Origin: Candidatus Cloacimonadales bacterium
GTDB taxonomy: Bacteria; Cloacimonadota; Cloacimonadia; Cloacimonadales; JAIOQZ01
NCBI GenBank assembly: GCA_963662655.2
Contig: CAXXTU010000002.1
Coordinates: forward strand, 1,696,001-1,760,000
Direction of reading: 5' to 3'
Length of the DNA stretch: 64,000 bases
Shown here: in pieces, positions 40,698 through 50,285 of the stretch
How the letters are laid out: the number at the start of each line of letters is the position of its first letter
How positions within the stretch are numbered: the stretch's first letter is position 1
Position numbers and translations under genes: made by a program
Notes under the pieces: generated by a model
Told to the model about the DNA's origin: nothing
Seen by the model: only the letters and a program-made list of their open reading frames with translations
The model's database searches: none

Positions 40698-41091
40698 GGC
40701 ATGAGCAGATTCGTTCGATCTGCCATGAAGACGGGGTGTTACACGTCTAATTTCGGCTTTCGCATAGCGGAAACGAAATCACGAGCGTTGTGATTTCATG
40801 CAATGAAATCATGTTAGCGGATTTTCGGCTTTCGCATAGCGGAAACGAAATCACGAGCGTTGTGATTTCATGCATTGAAATCATGTTAGCGGATTTTCGG
40901 CTTTCGCATAGCGGAAACGAAATCACGAGCGTTGTGATTTCATGCATTGAAATCATGTTAGCGGATTTTCGGCTTTCGCATAGCGGAAACGAATACTTGA
41001 GCGTAAGCCTTTCGCTACGCGAAAGGCGAAAGCGCATAATTAGACGTGTTATATCCCCTTCTCAGGGTAGATCGGGCGAAGATGCCATGCC
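40698..41091. repeat. Dispersed structured hairpin element, copy 4, with loop expanded by a tandem array
   Basis: GGCATG-A-GCAGATTCGTTCGATC...ACACGTCTAATT [array] AATTAGACGTGT-TATAT...GATCGGGCGAAGATGC-CATGCC. Confidence 0.9.
40751..40993. repeat. 72-bp tandem repeat, 3 full units plus 27 bp
   Basis: Units start at 40751, 40823, 40895 and 40967; one substitution seen (TGCAATG versus TGCATTG). Confidence 0.95.
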
Positions 41092-41104
41092 GGGAATCGA
41101 AAGG

Positions 41105-41953
41105 TCAATTGACCATCATGTCCCCATATCCCCGGTAGTAGGTCTCCCCAACCTTTATATAGTAATACAATCGCAGCAGCTCCCCTGCCTCCGCCTCGAT
41201 ACCCGTTGCGGTAACCGTATGCCACCCCGCGTTTACCTGAGAATCCACGATCCCTCGTACGAGCTCGCCATCCTCATCAATAAGGACGATTACCACCCAG
41301 GCCTGGGAGTTGACAGTGAATCCGATCGTAAACGAATCGTGGAACGAATTGGGGTATGCCGGAAAGACTCTCGGGTAACTCGCCGGCTCTGCGATCTCCC
41401 CGAAATCGATCGAAGCGGGACCTGTTATCTCCGGTGTTTCAACTCCATCCGTGTAGGCGAGTAGCCAGTAGTAATAAATGAAACCCTCGTGCAATCCCTC
41501 ATCCATATAGCTGTACAAATGCGATTCCGTGTAATTTCCGGAAGGAATGATGTCGAACGTGATAGGAATCGATGTCTCATAGGCCGGTTGGAGACTTCTT
41601 CGCAGGTGATACCCAAGCATATTGTTTTCGTAATCGGTTTCCCAGTGTATCGAGCAGTTGTCTTCCGAGAACTGATAGACATAGAACGAATCGACATACA
41701 CATACCGGCCACCGGCATTCACTCCCCGTCCGCTGACCATCTCCATGTGCCAGTCGAGGCTGTCGATCGGAGTCAGGAGATCGCCATCAGCGCCCATGTG
41801 GGTGTAACCATTGAAATCGCCGATGTACGCTTCGAAATCATAGCCATCGATCTCCACCCACTCCTTCTTCTCGGGCGAAGTCGAATCGTCATCGCATCCG
41901 GCAAACATGATCAGCATCACGATGCCGAATATCAAAATTGCACCTTTATTCAT
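41105..41953 (-). CDS. Lipoprotein with C-terminal FlgD-Ig-like segment
   Basis: Lipobox FAGC; WETDYENNMLGY; AYPNSF motif. Confidence 0.7.
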   Translation of the reverse strand: MNKGAILIFGIVMLIMFAGCDDDSTSPEKKEWVEIDGYDFEAYIGDFNGYTHMGADGDLLTPIDSLDWHMEMVSGRGVNAGGRYVYVDSFYVYQFSEDNCSIHWETDYENNMLGYHLRRSLQPAYETSIPITFDIIPSGNYTESHLYSYMDEGLHEGFIYYYWLLAYTDGVETPEITGPASIDFGEIAEPASYPRVFPAYPNSFHDSFTIGFTVNSQAWVVIVLIDEDGELVRGIVDSQVNAGWHTVTATGIEAEAGELLRLYYYIKVGETYYRGYGDMMVN

Positions 41954-43938
41954 CGCTCATCCTCTTTATATGGATTTCCATAATCAATAACCCTGTGAAT
42001 CTCTCCTGTCTTGTCAAACAATATCCACTCCCCGGATCGCATCCCATTGACGTAATCGCCCTGAAGCTTGCTCCCATCGGGTGTCCACTCTGTCCATCGC
42101 CCCTGACGTAAACCAGCCTCTATATTGCCTTCCGCCACCGGGCTGTTATTGCAGCCGAAGAAACGCCACACACCTTCTCGGTTGCCCAGGTCATACGAAC
42201 CGACAGCATAATTCCCGCCCGGATACTGCTCCAGCCATACGCCGTCCTTAAGGCCCGAACGATACTCGCCCTCCGAAACGATATTCGCCTGACTATCGAA
42301 AAACTGCCAGTGCCCTTCTCGATTTCCATCTCGTATCACTCCCTTCATAACAAGCCTTTGCCCTGCGTCAAACACTCTCAGATTGCCTGAGTGACTCCCG
42401 TTCTTGTATTCTTGCGCATACAAGTTGTCATCACCACGACAACGACTCACCCACCATCCGATGCGCTTCCCCGAATATTCGATTCCATACTCGGACGTCC
42501 CGTCATCAGACGTGGTAAAGAAAAGCCCCTTTGGCTCTCCATTCAAGTAAAGCCCTTTTGTATAGATACCGGTTTCTTCGTCCCAAGATTCGCATAGGCC
42601 GTTCAACCTGCCGTTCTCAATTGTACACAGGCAATACGAGCCATCTTGATCCTGCCGAAAAACGCTCCCTTCAAGAGTCCCCATATCGTACTGCGCAGTC
42701 ATCCGAACTCGTCCATCCCCACTGTAAAACTCAGCAACGCCATCTCGTGAGCCGCTTCGATACGTAACGCGCGAACAAACCGAGCCATCCACACGACACA
42801 CAATTGAAAAGCCCTCTTCCACCGGTAGTTGCTCCTCATCGAGATAAAAATCCTCAAATGGATCGTACATTCGATAGCGATGAACCTCTCTTAATACTCC
42901 TCGTCCATCGTAAATCAGTCTTTCTCCGACTTCCTGTCCATTCGTAAAGTGGCTTTCCCTGCTAAGCGTTCCCTGTTCGTCGAACCATGTCCATTTGCCT
43001 TCACGTAATCCCTTTCGGACATCGCCCTCACACCAGGAGCCGTCCGCAAAATAATCCACCCAGCGCCCGTCGGGGATCCCGCGCTTGTATCCATGCAACC
43101 AATCGAGCTTTCCATCGCTGCCGCGTGCGCTCCAGTTGCCGATCCTCAGATTGTTGTTGAAACTGCCCTGTACCGTTTCGCCTCCGGAATAATAGAAACG
43201 CCACTTGCCTTCCATCTTCCCCTGCTTGTACTCCCCCTCCGAGCGCATCGCGTCGGTGGAATCCCAGCTTGTCCAGTAACCGGTTCGAAGATCGTTGGTG
43301 TACTCACCCTCGAAACGCACGCCCTGCTCGTCCCATTCCTTCCAGATGCCCTGCTTCCGCTCGAAGCGGATAACACCCTCCGAACGCTTCGAACCGTCCG
43401 GGTACCACATAATCCACTTTCCGTCCGCGTAATTGTTGGCGTAAGCGCCCTGACCCTCCGGTTTCCCGTCGGGATACCATTTCTTCCACGCGCCGTTGAG
43501 CTTTCCGTCCACGTAGAAACCTTCGCTACTCATGATACCATTGGGATGCCAGGTAATCCACGCCCCGTCCTGCTTTCCATCCTTGAAAGCTCCCTGGGCC
43601 TGCTTTTCCCCGTTTTCGTGGTAAACCACCACCATCGTATCCACAAACACATCGGGATCGACCGATTCCAGTCGCGTCCGCATCCGCAAACTCCCCGAAC
43701 GATAATAATCGCTCACGAATCCCTTCGGTTTCCCGTCCTCGTATTCGAGCTCACGATAATAGACGCACCCTTCCTCTCGCTTAACCGGCTTCCAGTAGCG
43801 ATCGAACCAGTGAATCCATTTCCCGGTGCGTTTCCCATTCGCATCTAACTGATTCGGAGCCCCGGGAAGCTCTGCATATAGGGCGTACAGGCTGAAAAGC
43901 GCCAGCAGAAGAAAAAGAAATTTCCTTGGTTTCATCAT
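41950..43938 (-). CDS. Secreted MORN-variant (YwqK-like) repeat protein
   Basis: Signal peptide; many GxWxxWYxDGxxxxEGxY repeats. Confidence 0.85.
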   Translation of the reverse strand: MMKPRKFLFLLLALFSLYALYAELPGAPNQLDANGKRTGKWIHWFDRYWKPVKREEGCVYYRELEYEDGKPKGFVSDYYRSGSLRMRTRLESVDPDVFVDTMVVVYHENGEKQAQGAFKDGKQDGAWITWHPNGIMSSEGFYVDGKLNGAWKKWYPDGKPEGQGAYANNYADGKWIMWYPDGSKRSEGVIRFERKQGIWKEWDEQGVRFEGEYTNDLRTGYWTSWDSTDAMRSEGEYKQGKMEGKWRFYYSGGETVQGSFNNNLRIGNWSARGSDGKLDWLHGYKRGIPDGRWVDYFADGSWCEGDVRKGLREGKWTWFDEQGTLSRESHFTNGQEVGERLIYDGRGVLREVHRYRMYDPFEDFYLDEEQLPVEEGFSIVCRVDGSVCSRVTYRSGSRDGVAEFYSGDGRVRMTAQYDMGTLEGSVFRQDQDGSYCLCTIENGRLNGLCESWDEETGIYTKGLYLNGEPKGLFFTTSDDGTSEYGIEYSGKRIGWWVSRCRGDDNLYAQEYKNGSHSGNLRVFDAGQRLVMKGVIRDGNREGHWQFFDSQANIVSEGEYRSGLKDGVWLEQYPGGNYAVGSYDLGNREGVWRFFGCNNSPVAEGNIEAGLRQGRWTEWTPDGSKLQGDYVNGMRSGEWILFDKTGEIHRVIDYGNPYKEDER

Positions 43939-44051
43939 TGTGATTCTTGATTCATCATTTGTTATTCGTCAAGGAGATTCATTTTCACGCATTCATATCG
44001 TGAGGGGTAGTAACATCGCGAGAGTGAGCAGTTCAATTATGGAATGGCTCG

Positions 44052-44624
44052 TCAGAAGTTCAAGCCGAAGGTCATTTGCCATGCGGCGATATCGACGTAA
44101 TCGCTATCGTTCCAGTAATGTACGTTCTCATTCGGGGTCATGCTTGTCGCGAAATACTTCACTTGCACCTGGAAAACAGAACTCTGGAAGCCAAGAAGAA
44201 AATGGAGCCCGTACGAAGCGCTGGTCTGGGTGCTGCTGCCATCGGTCGTTTCGCCCTTCCACTCGGCATGCTCCCAATGAAAGTAATATCCGGTTCCGAC
44301 CCCCATATAGACATAGGACCAAACGCCACCTTCACGTACCAGGAATGTGGTTGTTAGTGGAATCAAGCGATAGTAGTAATCCATGTCGCCCAGTGCGTTG
44401 TTCCCACTTGACGAACTCTCGCTATAGATATAGTCGATATTGATTTCCGATCCGTAACCTTCTTCTCCCCACTTACGAATCTCCATCCCGAACGAATACG
44501 CGTCGTCGTAGGCATTGTCGAATTGATGCTGCGGAATCAGGTAACCAACGTGAAAACCGACAATCGCCGGTATTTCAACGATAGCAAGGCAGAGAATTAT
44601 CATCGACAGTAGCCGTTTTCTCAT
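44052..44624 (-). CDS. Small outer-membrane beta-barrel protein
   Basis: Signal peptide; IPLT, YMGVGTGYY; C-terminal TFGLNF. Confidence 0.75.
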   Translation of the reverse strand: MRKRLLSMIILCLAIVEIPAIVGFHVGYLIPQHQFDNAYDDAYSFGMEIRKWGEEGYGSEINIDYIYSESSSSGNNALGDMDYYYRLIPLTTTFLVREGGVWSYVYMGVGTGYYFHWEHAEWKGETTDGSSTQTSASYGLHFLLGFQSSVFQVQVKYFATSMTPNENVHYWNDSDYVDIAAWQMTFGLNF

Positions 44625-44632
44625 CGATTCCC

Positions 44633-45250
44633 CTATATCATCTCATGGGCGCTTTCTTCCGGCTCTTCCGATTCTTCCTGCTCGTGGACACCAACTTCTT
44701 GCAAATCCACCCTATCGGGAATCAACCGCCAACCGTACGCTGTGTCAATGATTTGTGGAATGGTCAACATGAACTTCTTACCGCTGTATTCGAAACGAAT
44801 CTCCATCCGCTGGACATCCTGATGAAAGAAACGCTGATCAACCGGCGATGCCTTCATGATCGCCCTTTCGACAGCATTCCAATTGATCCGGTAGTTATTC
44901 TCGCCGATGTTCTTCACCGTCCAGAACTCCGTCTCGAACTGATCATCGAGCTGCTGAAGCAACTGAGTTGTCCGGTACACTTGAATATCGTATTCCTTCT
45001 TCTCCTGAGCGCTCAAAGCGGAGTAGTTTTCCTCCAGCTTCTTCATCATGATCATCCTGTGAAGCTGAACCGGCGTAAGTACATTCAGCCGCATCCGATC
45101 GTAATCGCTTGCTGCAATGGCTTCGATGATCGAATCGGCCAACGCCTGACGGGTCGAATTGCGCTTCTCTATCGAGATGTCTTTCGCGGCACATCCGGAG
45201 AGTATCATTACAGCTAAGATCAAATATATAATCGCTTTACCGTTCATCAT
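44633..45250 (-). CDS. Hypothetical lipoprotein
   Basis: Lipobox LSGC; operon position. Confidence 0.7.
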   Translation of the reverse strand: MMNGKAIIYLILAVMILSGCAAKDISIEKRNSTRQALADSIIEAIAASDYDRMRLNVLTPVQLHRMIMMKKLEENYSALSAQEKKEYDIQVYRTTQLLQQLDDQFETEFWTVKNIGENNYRINWNAVERAIMKASPVDQRFFHQDVQRMEIRFEYSGKKFMLTIPQIIDTAYGWRLIPDRVDLQEVGVHEQEESEEPEESAHEMI

Positions 45251-45633
45251 GGAATCTTCACGTCTTCCTTTTTCCGTTTGAAGAAATACTTCTCGCCAAA
45301 CACGTTGGTGATTTCCATCTCGTCCCGACGCAGGAAGACGTAATCCATACGCTCCACAGGCTTCTCCATCGGGTGGAAGATCATGGTTTTGTAATCGTAC
45401 TGGAAGAAGCCTTTGTTCAGCTCCGATTTCACGTTACCGTCAATGTCCGATTGAACGAGCATGGAATAGGTGCTGTCCGCGTGCAACTCCAGACGAATCA
45501 GGTCGCCGTTTTGCCGGGGACTCGCCCACTCCCAGGTACCGTATATCGTTGTCGAGTCCTGTCGGGAATTCTCTTTTGAGCATGCCCCGAGCAGAATCAT
45601 CGTTACCAGAAACGTAAATAGCCAATACTTCAT
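45247..45633 (-). CDS. Lipocalin-like lipoprotein
   Basis: Lipobox LGAC; IYGTWEW...LELHADSTY. Confidence 0.65.
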   Translation of the reverse strand: MKYWLFTFLVTMILLGACSKENSRQDSTTIYGTWEWASPRQNGDLIRLELHADSTYSMLVQSDIDGNVKSELNKGFFQYDYKTMIFHPMEKPVERMDYVFLRRDEMEITNVFGEKYFFKRKKEDVKIP

Positions 45634-46091
45634 CAGTATTTCCCAACAACTCCCCGTACCCATTCAACGATGGCGGTTTCATCTTTAAGCGGCGTCTTCA
45701 CACTGATCGTGTCCAGAACCGTAGCGGACGGGAAGAGCGCTTTCATCTGTTCGAGCGTGCGTCCCGGTTTGTCCGCGCATGTGCAGAAGAATGCTACCTT
45801 CTTGCCTGCCATCGGATACGAAGCCCCAAGAGAATTGATCATCGGGGCGGCGTGGCCGGCCCAGACGGGGCCCCCCACAAAGATCAAATCGTACTCGGCG
45901 GGATCGATCGCAAGTGGCTCCATATCGGGTGCCATTTTCATCATCGCTTGAAAACCCGCGATGATCACAGGCTGCAATTTTTTCCCTTTCGGTACAAGCT
46001 TGATCATGTCTCCAGCTGTCACCGAATGAATCACCTCAGCAATCCGCTCTGTTTTTCCTGTAGCAGAGAAATAAAGTACCAGTGTGTTCAT
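45633..46091 (-). CDS. Flavodoxin family protein
   Basis: YFSATGKTERIA, YDLIFVGGPVW, GKKVAFFCT; GGAGG RBS. Confidence 0.88.
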   Translation of the reverse strand: MNTLVLYFSATGKTERIAEVIHSVTAGDMIKLVPKGKKLQPVIIAGFQAMMKMAPDMEPLAIDPAEYDLIFVGGPVWAGHAAPMINSLGASYPMAGKKVAFFCTCADKPGRTLEQMKALFPSATVLDTISVKTPLKDETAIVEWVRGVVGKY

Positions 46092-46243
46092 GTGCAACCT
46101 CCCTGATATACCGGAATTTATGGACGATGATTTTGTTGTCAACCAAAGAGTGACCTCGCTTCATTCTGCCGAAAAAAAAGATTCTTGACATCTTTCGATT
46201 CAAGTGGATACTTAATGTAGATTTACACGACAACAAAGCAGGT

Positions 46244-46771
46244 ATGATGAAAGCGCTCGGAATTGTTTTTTGTATCGTTATGGTATGCTCCGCCTTAGCA
46301 GCCAGCGAACTGAATCCGCTACAGGAAATCGGGGACATCTACTGGGGAATCTCAGCCGACACCCTGAGTAATCGGTATGAGGACTCGGTGATCGATTTCA
46401 ACGACATCGCGATTGTTTGCAACGGGACCTATCAGGAATTTCCAGCGTACATCACCTATATTTTCTACGAAGAGGGCCTGAGCATGGTCACCTTCAACCT
46501 GCAGATTACCGGCGAAGACCGGGATCAATTCTTTACAGCCTACCAACATATCTATTCTCATTTAAAAAATTCTTATGGCCGCCCCATCGAAGATCAAGAA
46601 ATCGGAACAGATATTGCAAATGAACAAGTTTATAATGAAATCAGTAGCGGCCAACGGCAGATCAGCTCGTTCTGGGTTGTCGGCGATACGCGGTTAATAC
46701 TGAGTTTGAAGAAGAGCCGGTTATCCGAATATCCGGTTTCAGTGGTGGTCCTTTACTCACACAATCAGTAA
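46244..46771 (+). CDS. Secreted hypothetical protein
   Basis: Signal peptide; WGIS...LKNSYGRP pattern. Confidence 0.65.
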   Translation: MMKALGIVFCIVMVCSALAASELNPLQEIGDIYWGISADTLSNRYEDSVIDFNDIAIVCNGTYQEFPAYITYIFYEEGLSMVTFNLQITGEDRDQFFTAYQHIYSHLKNSYGRPIEDQEIGTDIANEQVYNEISSGQRQISSFWVVGDTRLILSLKKSRLSEYPVSVVVLYSHNQ

Positions 46772-46795
46772 GCGGCATCTGATAAGGAGCGTATT

Positions 46796-47335
46796 ATGAA
46801 ATGGATACTGGCAGGATTGTTGTGCCTTCTTGCGTTAACTTCTCTATTCACGGAAACGATGGTCGTCCATACACAGGAGCAAGATTACTCGTTCGATGTC
46901 GATGATGTTAACATCATTACCATATTTCACGATACCAATATTCTGTCGATCAACACACCGGACGGCGACTTCGATTTTCACATGCTGGACGACATCATAT
47001 CGATCGATTTCGAGGGAACCGCGGTTGATCCCGGACTCGAAGAGATCGGCCAGCACGTCCCCATTCAGTTCTTGAAGAACTATCCGAATCCATTCAATCC
47101 CGAGACAGCCATCCGTTTTTCCACGGGTGTCAGCGCGAAAGTGAACCTCACGATATACAATGTGAAGGGGCAGAAGGTGAAGACGCTGATCAACGAACGC
47201 CTCGACCAGGGAGAGCACTCGATCAAATGGCAGGGAACGGATGAAGTGGGAAAGAAAGTCGGTGGAGGGAACTATTTTTATCGGTTGAAAGTCGGTGATG
47301 AAGTAAAAACTCGTAAAATGCTGCTGCTGAAGTAG
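46796..47335 (+). CDS. Small secreted protein with FlgD-Ig/T9SS-like C-terminal domain
   Basis: Signal peptide; NYPNPFNPET, IYNVKGQKVKTL, GNYFYRL, KMLLLK. Confidence 0.85.
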   Translation: MKWILAGLLCLLALTSLFTETMVVHTQEQDYSFDVDDVNIITIFHDTNILSINTPDGDFDFHMLDDIISIDFEGTAVDPGLEEIGQHVPIQFLKNYPNPFNPETAIRFSTGVSAKVNLTIYNVKGQKVKTLINERLDQGEHSIKWQGTDEVGKKVGGGNYFYRLKVGDEVKTRKMLLLK

Positions 47336-47344
47336 GAGGAAGCC

Positions 47345-48544
47345 ATGAGAAATGCAATGATTGCTCTGATGCTCGCTTTGTGCCTGAGTCTCACCGCTAC
47401 AAGCATGATCATCGAACGCGGAGAGCAGGCGCGTATCATCGTCCCCATCGATAACGTCGACAGTCTTTATTTCGCGAACGAAACAGCCGGCGAACAGGTC
47501 ATGCAACTACGGTTCGAATACCAGGAATCGTTTTCGCCTCTCGGTAATTATTTGATCATGGTCGAACTGATGGATTCATACGGTAATCTTGTGCTCGATG
47601 CTCCACCGGTTACCTTCTCTTTCGTCTACGATCCTCCCGGAGGCGCCAGCATCAACGGGGAAGTTTACACGGTAGACGATTCGCTGACCGTGGATTCAGT
47701 CAACGGCGTTGCCACCGCGCACCTCCTCGGCCATAACGAAAACGGACTCGCCGTATTGCGTGCCGCCGTGGAAAGCAATGGAATGATCATTTCCGAGACC
47801 CATTCTTTCGTGCTGCACTGCGCCCCCGTCGAGAACATCACCATTCAAGCAGGGAACGCGACCTACAATGTGGGTAGCGGCTATTGGGCACTACCCGTCA
47901 GCGCGCTTTGTACGAGTTCCGACGGAGAAAACGCTCAGTACGGCGTGGCAGCCTGGTACTCGATCGCCGATGACGACATCGAATGGTGCAGTATCGTTGC
48001 CGAGACCTATATTGGAAACCATACAACTTACTCGGATTCATTGCAGGGAGTGGCCAGTTCGGTTCTGACGTACGACGGCTCGTACTCCCTCCGGGAAGTG
48101 CCTGTTCGCGTCATGTGCGGTAACTGCGATGTTACCGAATACATCCAGCTTCCTATCGGTGAGCCGCAAGTAGAAGTGCTGCCAGTACCCGGCCATCTGG
48201 ACTGGACTGAAGATAACGTGGATGAATCGCTGGTTGGAGAATTTCTCGTGTCCGTGACCGACGGGCAGGGAAACCCGGTCGATGGAGCCGTTCTTTCTTT
48301 TTCCTCCACCCGAGGTGAGTTCATCGAACCTGAAGAGCAGTATCAGGTACCGGATGAAGAATGGTGGGTCGTTCAAACGGTTAATGGGATATCGTATGCG
48401 AGGATCGAATTTCAGCCGTACGAATGTCCACCGGTTGAGAATCCGCCGAACGAAGTTTTTGTCGAGGTTACAGTCACTTTACTGGAGACTTATGTAACCG
48501 ACATGACCGCATCATTTCTCATCAACTACAACGAGCCGGAATAA
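47345..48544 (+). CDS. Secreted Ig/invasin-like protein (paralog 1)
   Basis: Signal peptide; DSYGN, VTDGQGNPV, STRGEF, ECPP..PPNEV motifs shared with the next gene. Confidence 0.7.
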   Translation: MRNAMIALMLALCLSLTATSMIIERGEQARIIVPIDNVDSLYFANETAGEQVMQLRFEYQESFSPLGNYLIMVELMDSYGNLVLDAPPVTFSFVYDPPGGASINGEVYTVDDSLTVDSVNGVATAHLLGHNENGLAVLRAAVESNGMIISETHSFVLHCAPVENITIQAGNATYNVGSGYWALPVSALCTSSDGENAQYGVAAWYSIADDDIEWCSIVAETYIGNHTTYSDSLQGVASSVLTYDGSYSLREVPVRVMCGNCDVTEYIQLPIGEPQVEVLPVPGHLDWTEDNVDESLVGEFLVSVTDGQGNPVDGAVLSFSSTRGEFIEPEEQYQVPDEEWWVVQTVNGISYARIEFQPYECPPVENPPNEVFVEVTVTLLETYVTDMTASFLINYNEPE

Positions 48545-49755
48545 TGGAGCAGAACATGAAACTCACAAGCTGCATAATTCTTCTCATTGCCGTTGTCGCG
48601 CTCTCGGCTGTCAGCATTGTAGTGGAACGGGCAGGGCAACCCAACATCGCCGTATCCACATCCGATATCGTTGATATCAGCTTCACGGATTCCGCTGTGG
48701 GCGTTGAAGTCGGCTCAATCGATTTCTTCAACACCGAACAATACATGACGAGCAATGCGTCGATGACGCTGAATCTTGCAATCCTCGATATCTACGGCAA
48801 CACGGTGGACAACAATCAGAACGTGGATTTCTATTTCGCAATGAGTCCACCAACCGGTGCGAACCTGAACGGTCAGGTTACAGAGCCGCTTGTTCCCGTT
48901 ACCGTAACACCGGATAATGGAATCGCATCGATAACGCTCAACAGCGGCGAGGGCGGTGTCGCGGTCGTCAGCGCAAGCATGACGGATTTTCACGGCAGCG
49001 CGCTCGAGCGATCGCACGTGATTACGATTTACAACTCCGCAGTTACCACCGCGGGAATCGTCAATCTGATGGGGGTTGGAACGAATTACGGCTCCGGTCA
49101 ATGGAGAAGCACCGCTTCAGCGATCTGTTCGTGCGATCAAGGCTTTGCGTCTCCCGACGGCCTCCCCTGCACTTTTTCCATCGTTGATCAGAGCATCGAT
49201 TGGGCAAACATCGAGGGCAACACCGAAACAGGCGCGGAAAACTATCATGGATTCGCCGCTACAGGTTGCGCCTACACGAATCTTGTGTATCATGGAAGCC
49301 ACTCGCTGGAGACCCTCCTTCTTCAGTTCAGCATCCTGGATGTGACCGTGCAGGGAGAGATCGTTCTCCCGCTGAACGGCTCACAGATATCCATGGTGAT
49401 CGATCCGACCAATCCAGCCTGGACGTACGGAATGGATGCAAGCGAACCGGTAATCGCCAACGTTATCATCTACGTCCAGGACGGCCAGGGCTGCGACGTC
49501 TCCCATGCCGAGTTCAGGCTCGCGTCAACCCGAGGAACGTTCATCGAGGCGGAGGAGCAGTACCAGGTTGAAGGCGCGGAAAACAACCGCATCAAGAGCG
49601 TTGACGGAGTTGCGATCGGTCGCCTGCAATTTATCTGGGCAGAATGCCCTCCCGTCGTGCCGCCCCCCAACGAGGTTAACGTGACGGTTTCCGCCATTCT
49701 CGAGTACGACCAATCAACGACGTGCGCCACGCTGAACCTCCTAAATTATAATTGA
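48544..49755 (+). CDS. Secreted Ig/invasin-like protein (paralog 2)
   Basis: Colinear similarity to 47345-48544 (DIYGN, DGQG, STRGTF, EEQYQV, ECPP..PPNEV). Start may be 48556. Confidence 0.7.
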   Translation: MEQNMKLTSCIILLIAVVALSAVSIVVERAGQPNIAVSTSDIVDISFTDSAVGVEVGSIDFFNTEQYMTSNASMTLNLAILDIYGNTVDNNQNVDFYFAMSPPTGANLNGQVTEPLVPVTVTPDNGIASITLNSGEGGVAVVSASMTDFHGSALERSHVITIYNSAVTTAGIVNLMGVGTNYGSGQWRSTASAICSCDQGFASPDGLPCTFSIVDQSIDWANIEGNTETGAENYHGFAATGCAYTNLVYHGSHSLETLLLQFSILDVTVQGEIVLPLNGSQISMVIDPTNPAWTYGMDASEPVIANVIIYVQDGQGCDVSHAEFRLASTRGTFIEAEEQYQVEGAENNRIKSVDGVAIGRLQFIWAECPPVVPPPNEVNVTVSAILEYDQSTTCATLNLLNYN

Positions 49756-49773
49756 CGTATTCAGGCTTGCTAC

Positions 49774-49818
49774 AACAATGTCTTTGGGAGAAAATTTTCT
49801 CCCAAAGACATTGTTTTT
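49774..49818 (+). terminator. 42-bp perfect palindrome, probable terminator
   Basis: AACAATGTCTTTGGGAGAAAA|TTTTCTCCCAAAGACATTGTT followed by TTT. Confidence 0.75.
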
Positions 49819-49844
49819 AACCTGATAACTCGTACGGAGGAATC

Positions 49845-50153
49845 GTGAGTATCTCGAAAAAATACTTGAAATCCAAATCTATCTGCAAGGTGACATTCAA
49901 GTTACCTCACCAGGCTTGCGGCCCCGCCACTAAAGTCTGCATCGTGGGCGACTTCAACAATTGGGATGTGCAGGCAGACCCCATGTTGAAGCTGAAAAGC
50001 GGCGACTTCAAAATCGTTTTAGACCTCGAGCCGGGTAATTCCTACCAGTATCGCTATCTCATCGATGGCAAGAAGTGGGAGAACGACTGGAAGGCGGACG
50101 AGTATGTCCATTCTCCGTTTGGAAATTGCGAAAATTCGGTTGTGATCATATAA
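49845..50153 (+). CDS. Isoamylase early-set (CBM48-like) domain protein
   Basis: CKVTFKL, IVGDFNNW, YQYRYLIDG..WEND; GGAGG RBS, GTG start. Confidence 0.9.
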   Translation: MSISKKYLKSKSICKVTFKLPHQACGPATKVCIVGDFNNWDVQADPMLKLKSGDFKIVLDLEPGNSYQYRYLIDGKKWENDWKADEYVHSPFGNCENSVVII

Positions 50154-50285
50154 TCCGAAGCGAATAGAATCCTGAAACCTTCAGCGAGAATCTACGCTGC
50201 AAGTCTCTTTATATTTTACTCACGCTTTATTGCGAGTTGTTTATAAATCCCTGATTAACAAAGCATTAGGATTGGCGGAAGTCAA

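Noticed and set aside
40751..40993. CRISPR array
   Set aside because: The units are contiguous near-identical 72-mers with no unique spacers, and there are no cas genes in the window.
40790..41464. 224-aa ORF with 24-aa repeats, and the antisense ORF 40747-41037
   Set aside because: A by-product of the 72-bp repeat being a multiple of three. It has no RBS and overlaps a real minus-strand gene.
41950..43938. Toxin-antitoxin system (YwqK-like annotation)
   Set aside because: Only generic MORN-variant repeats with a signal peptide; no adjacent toxin gene.
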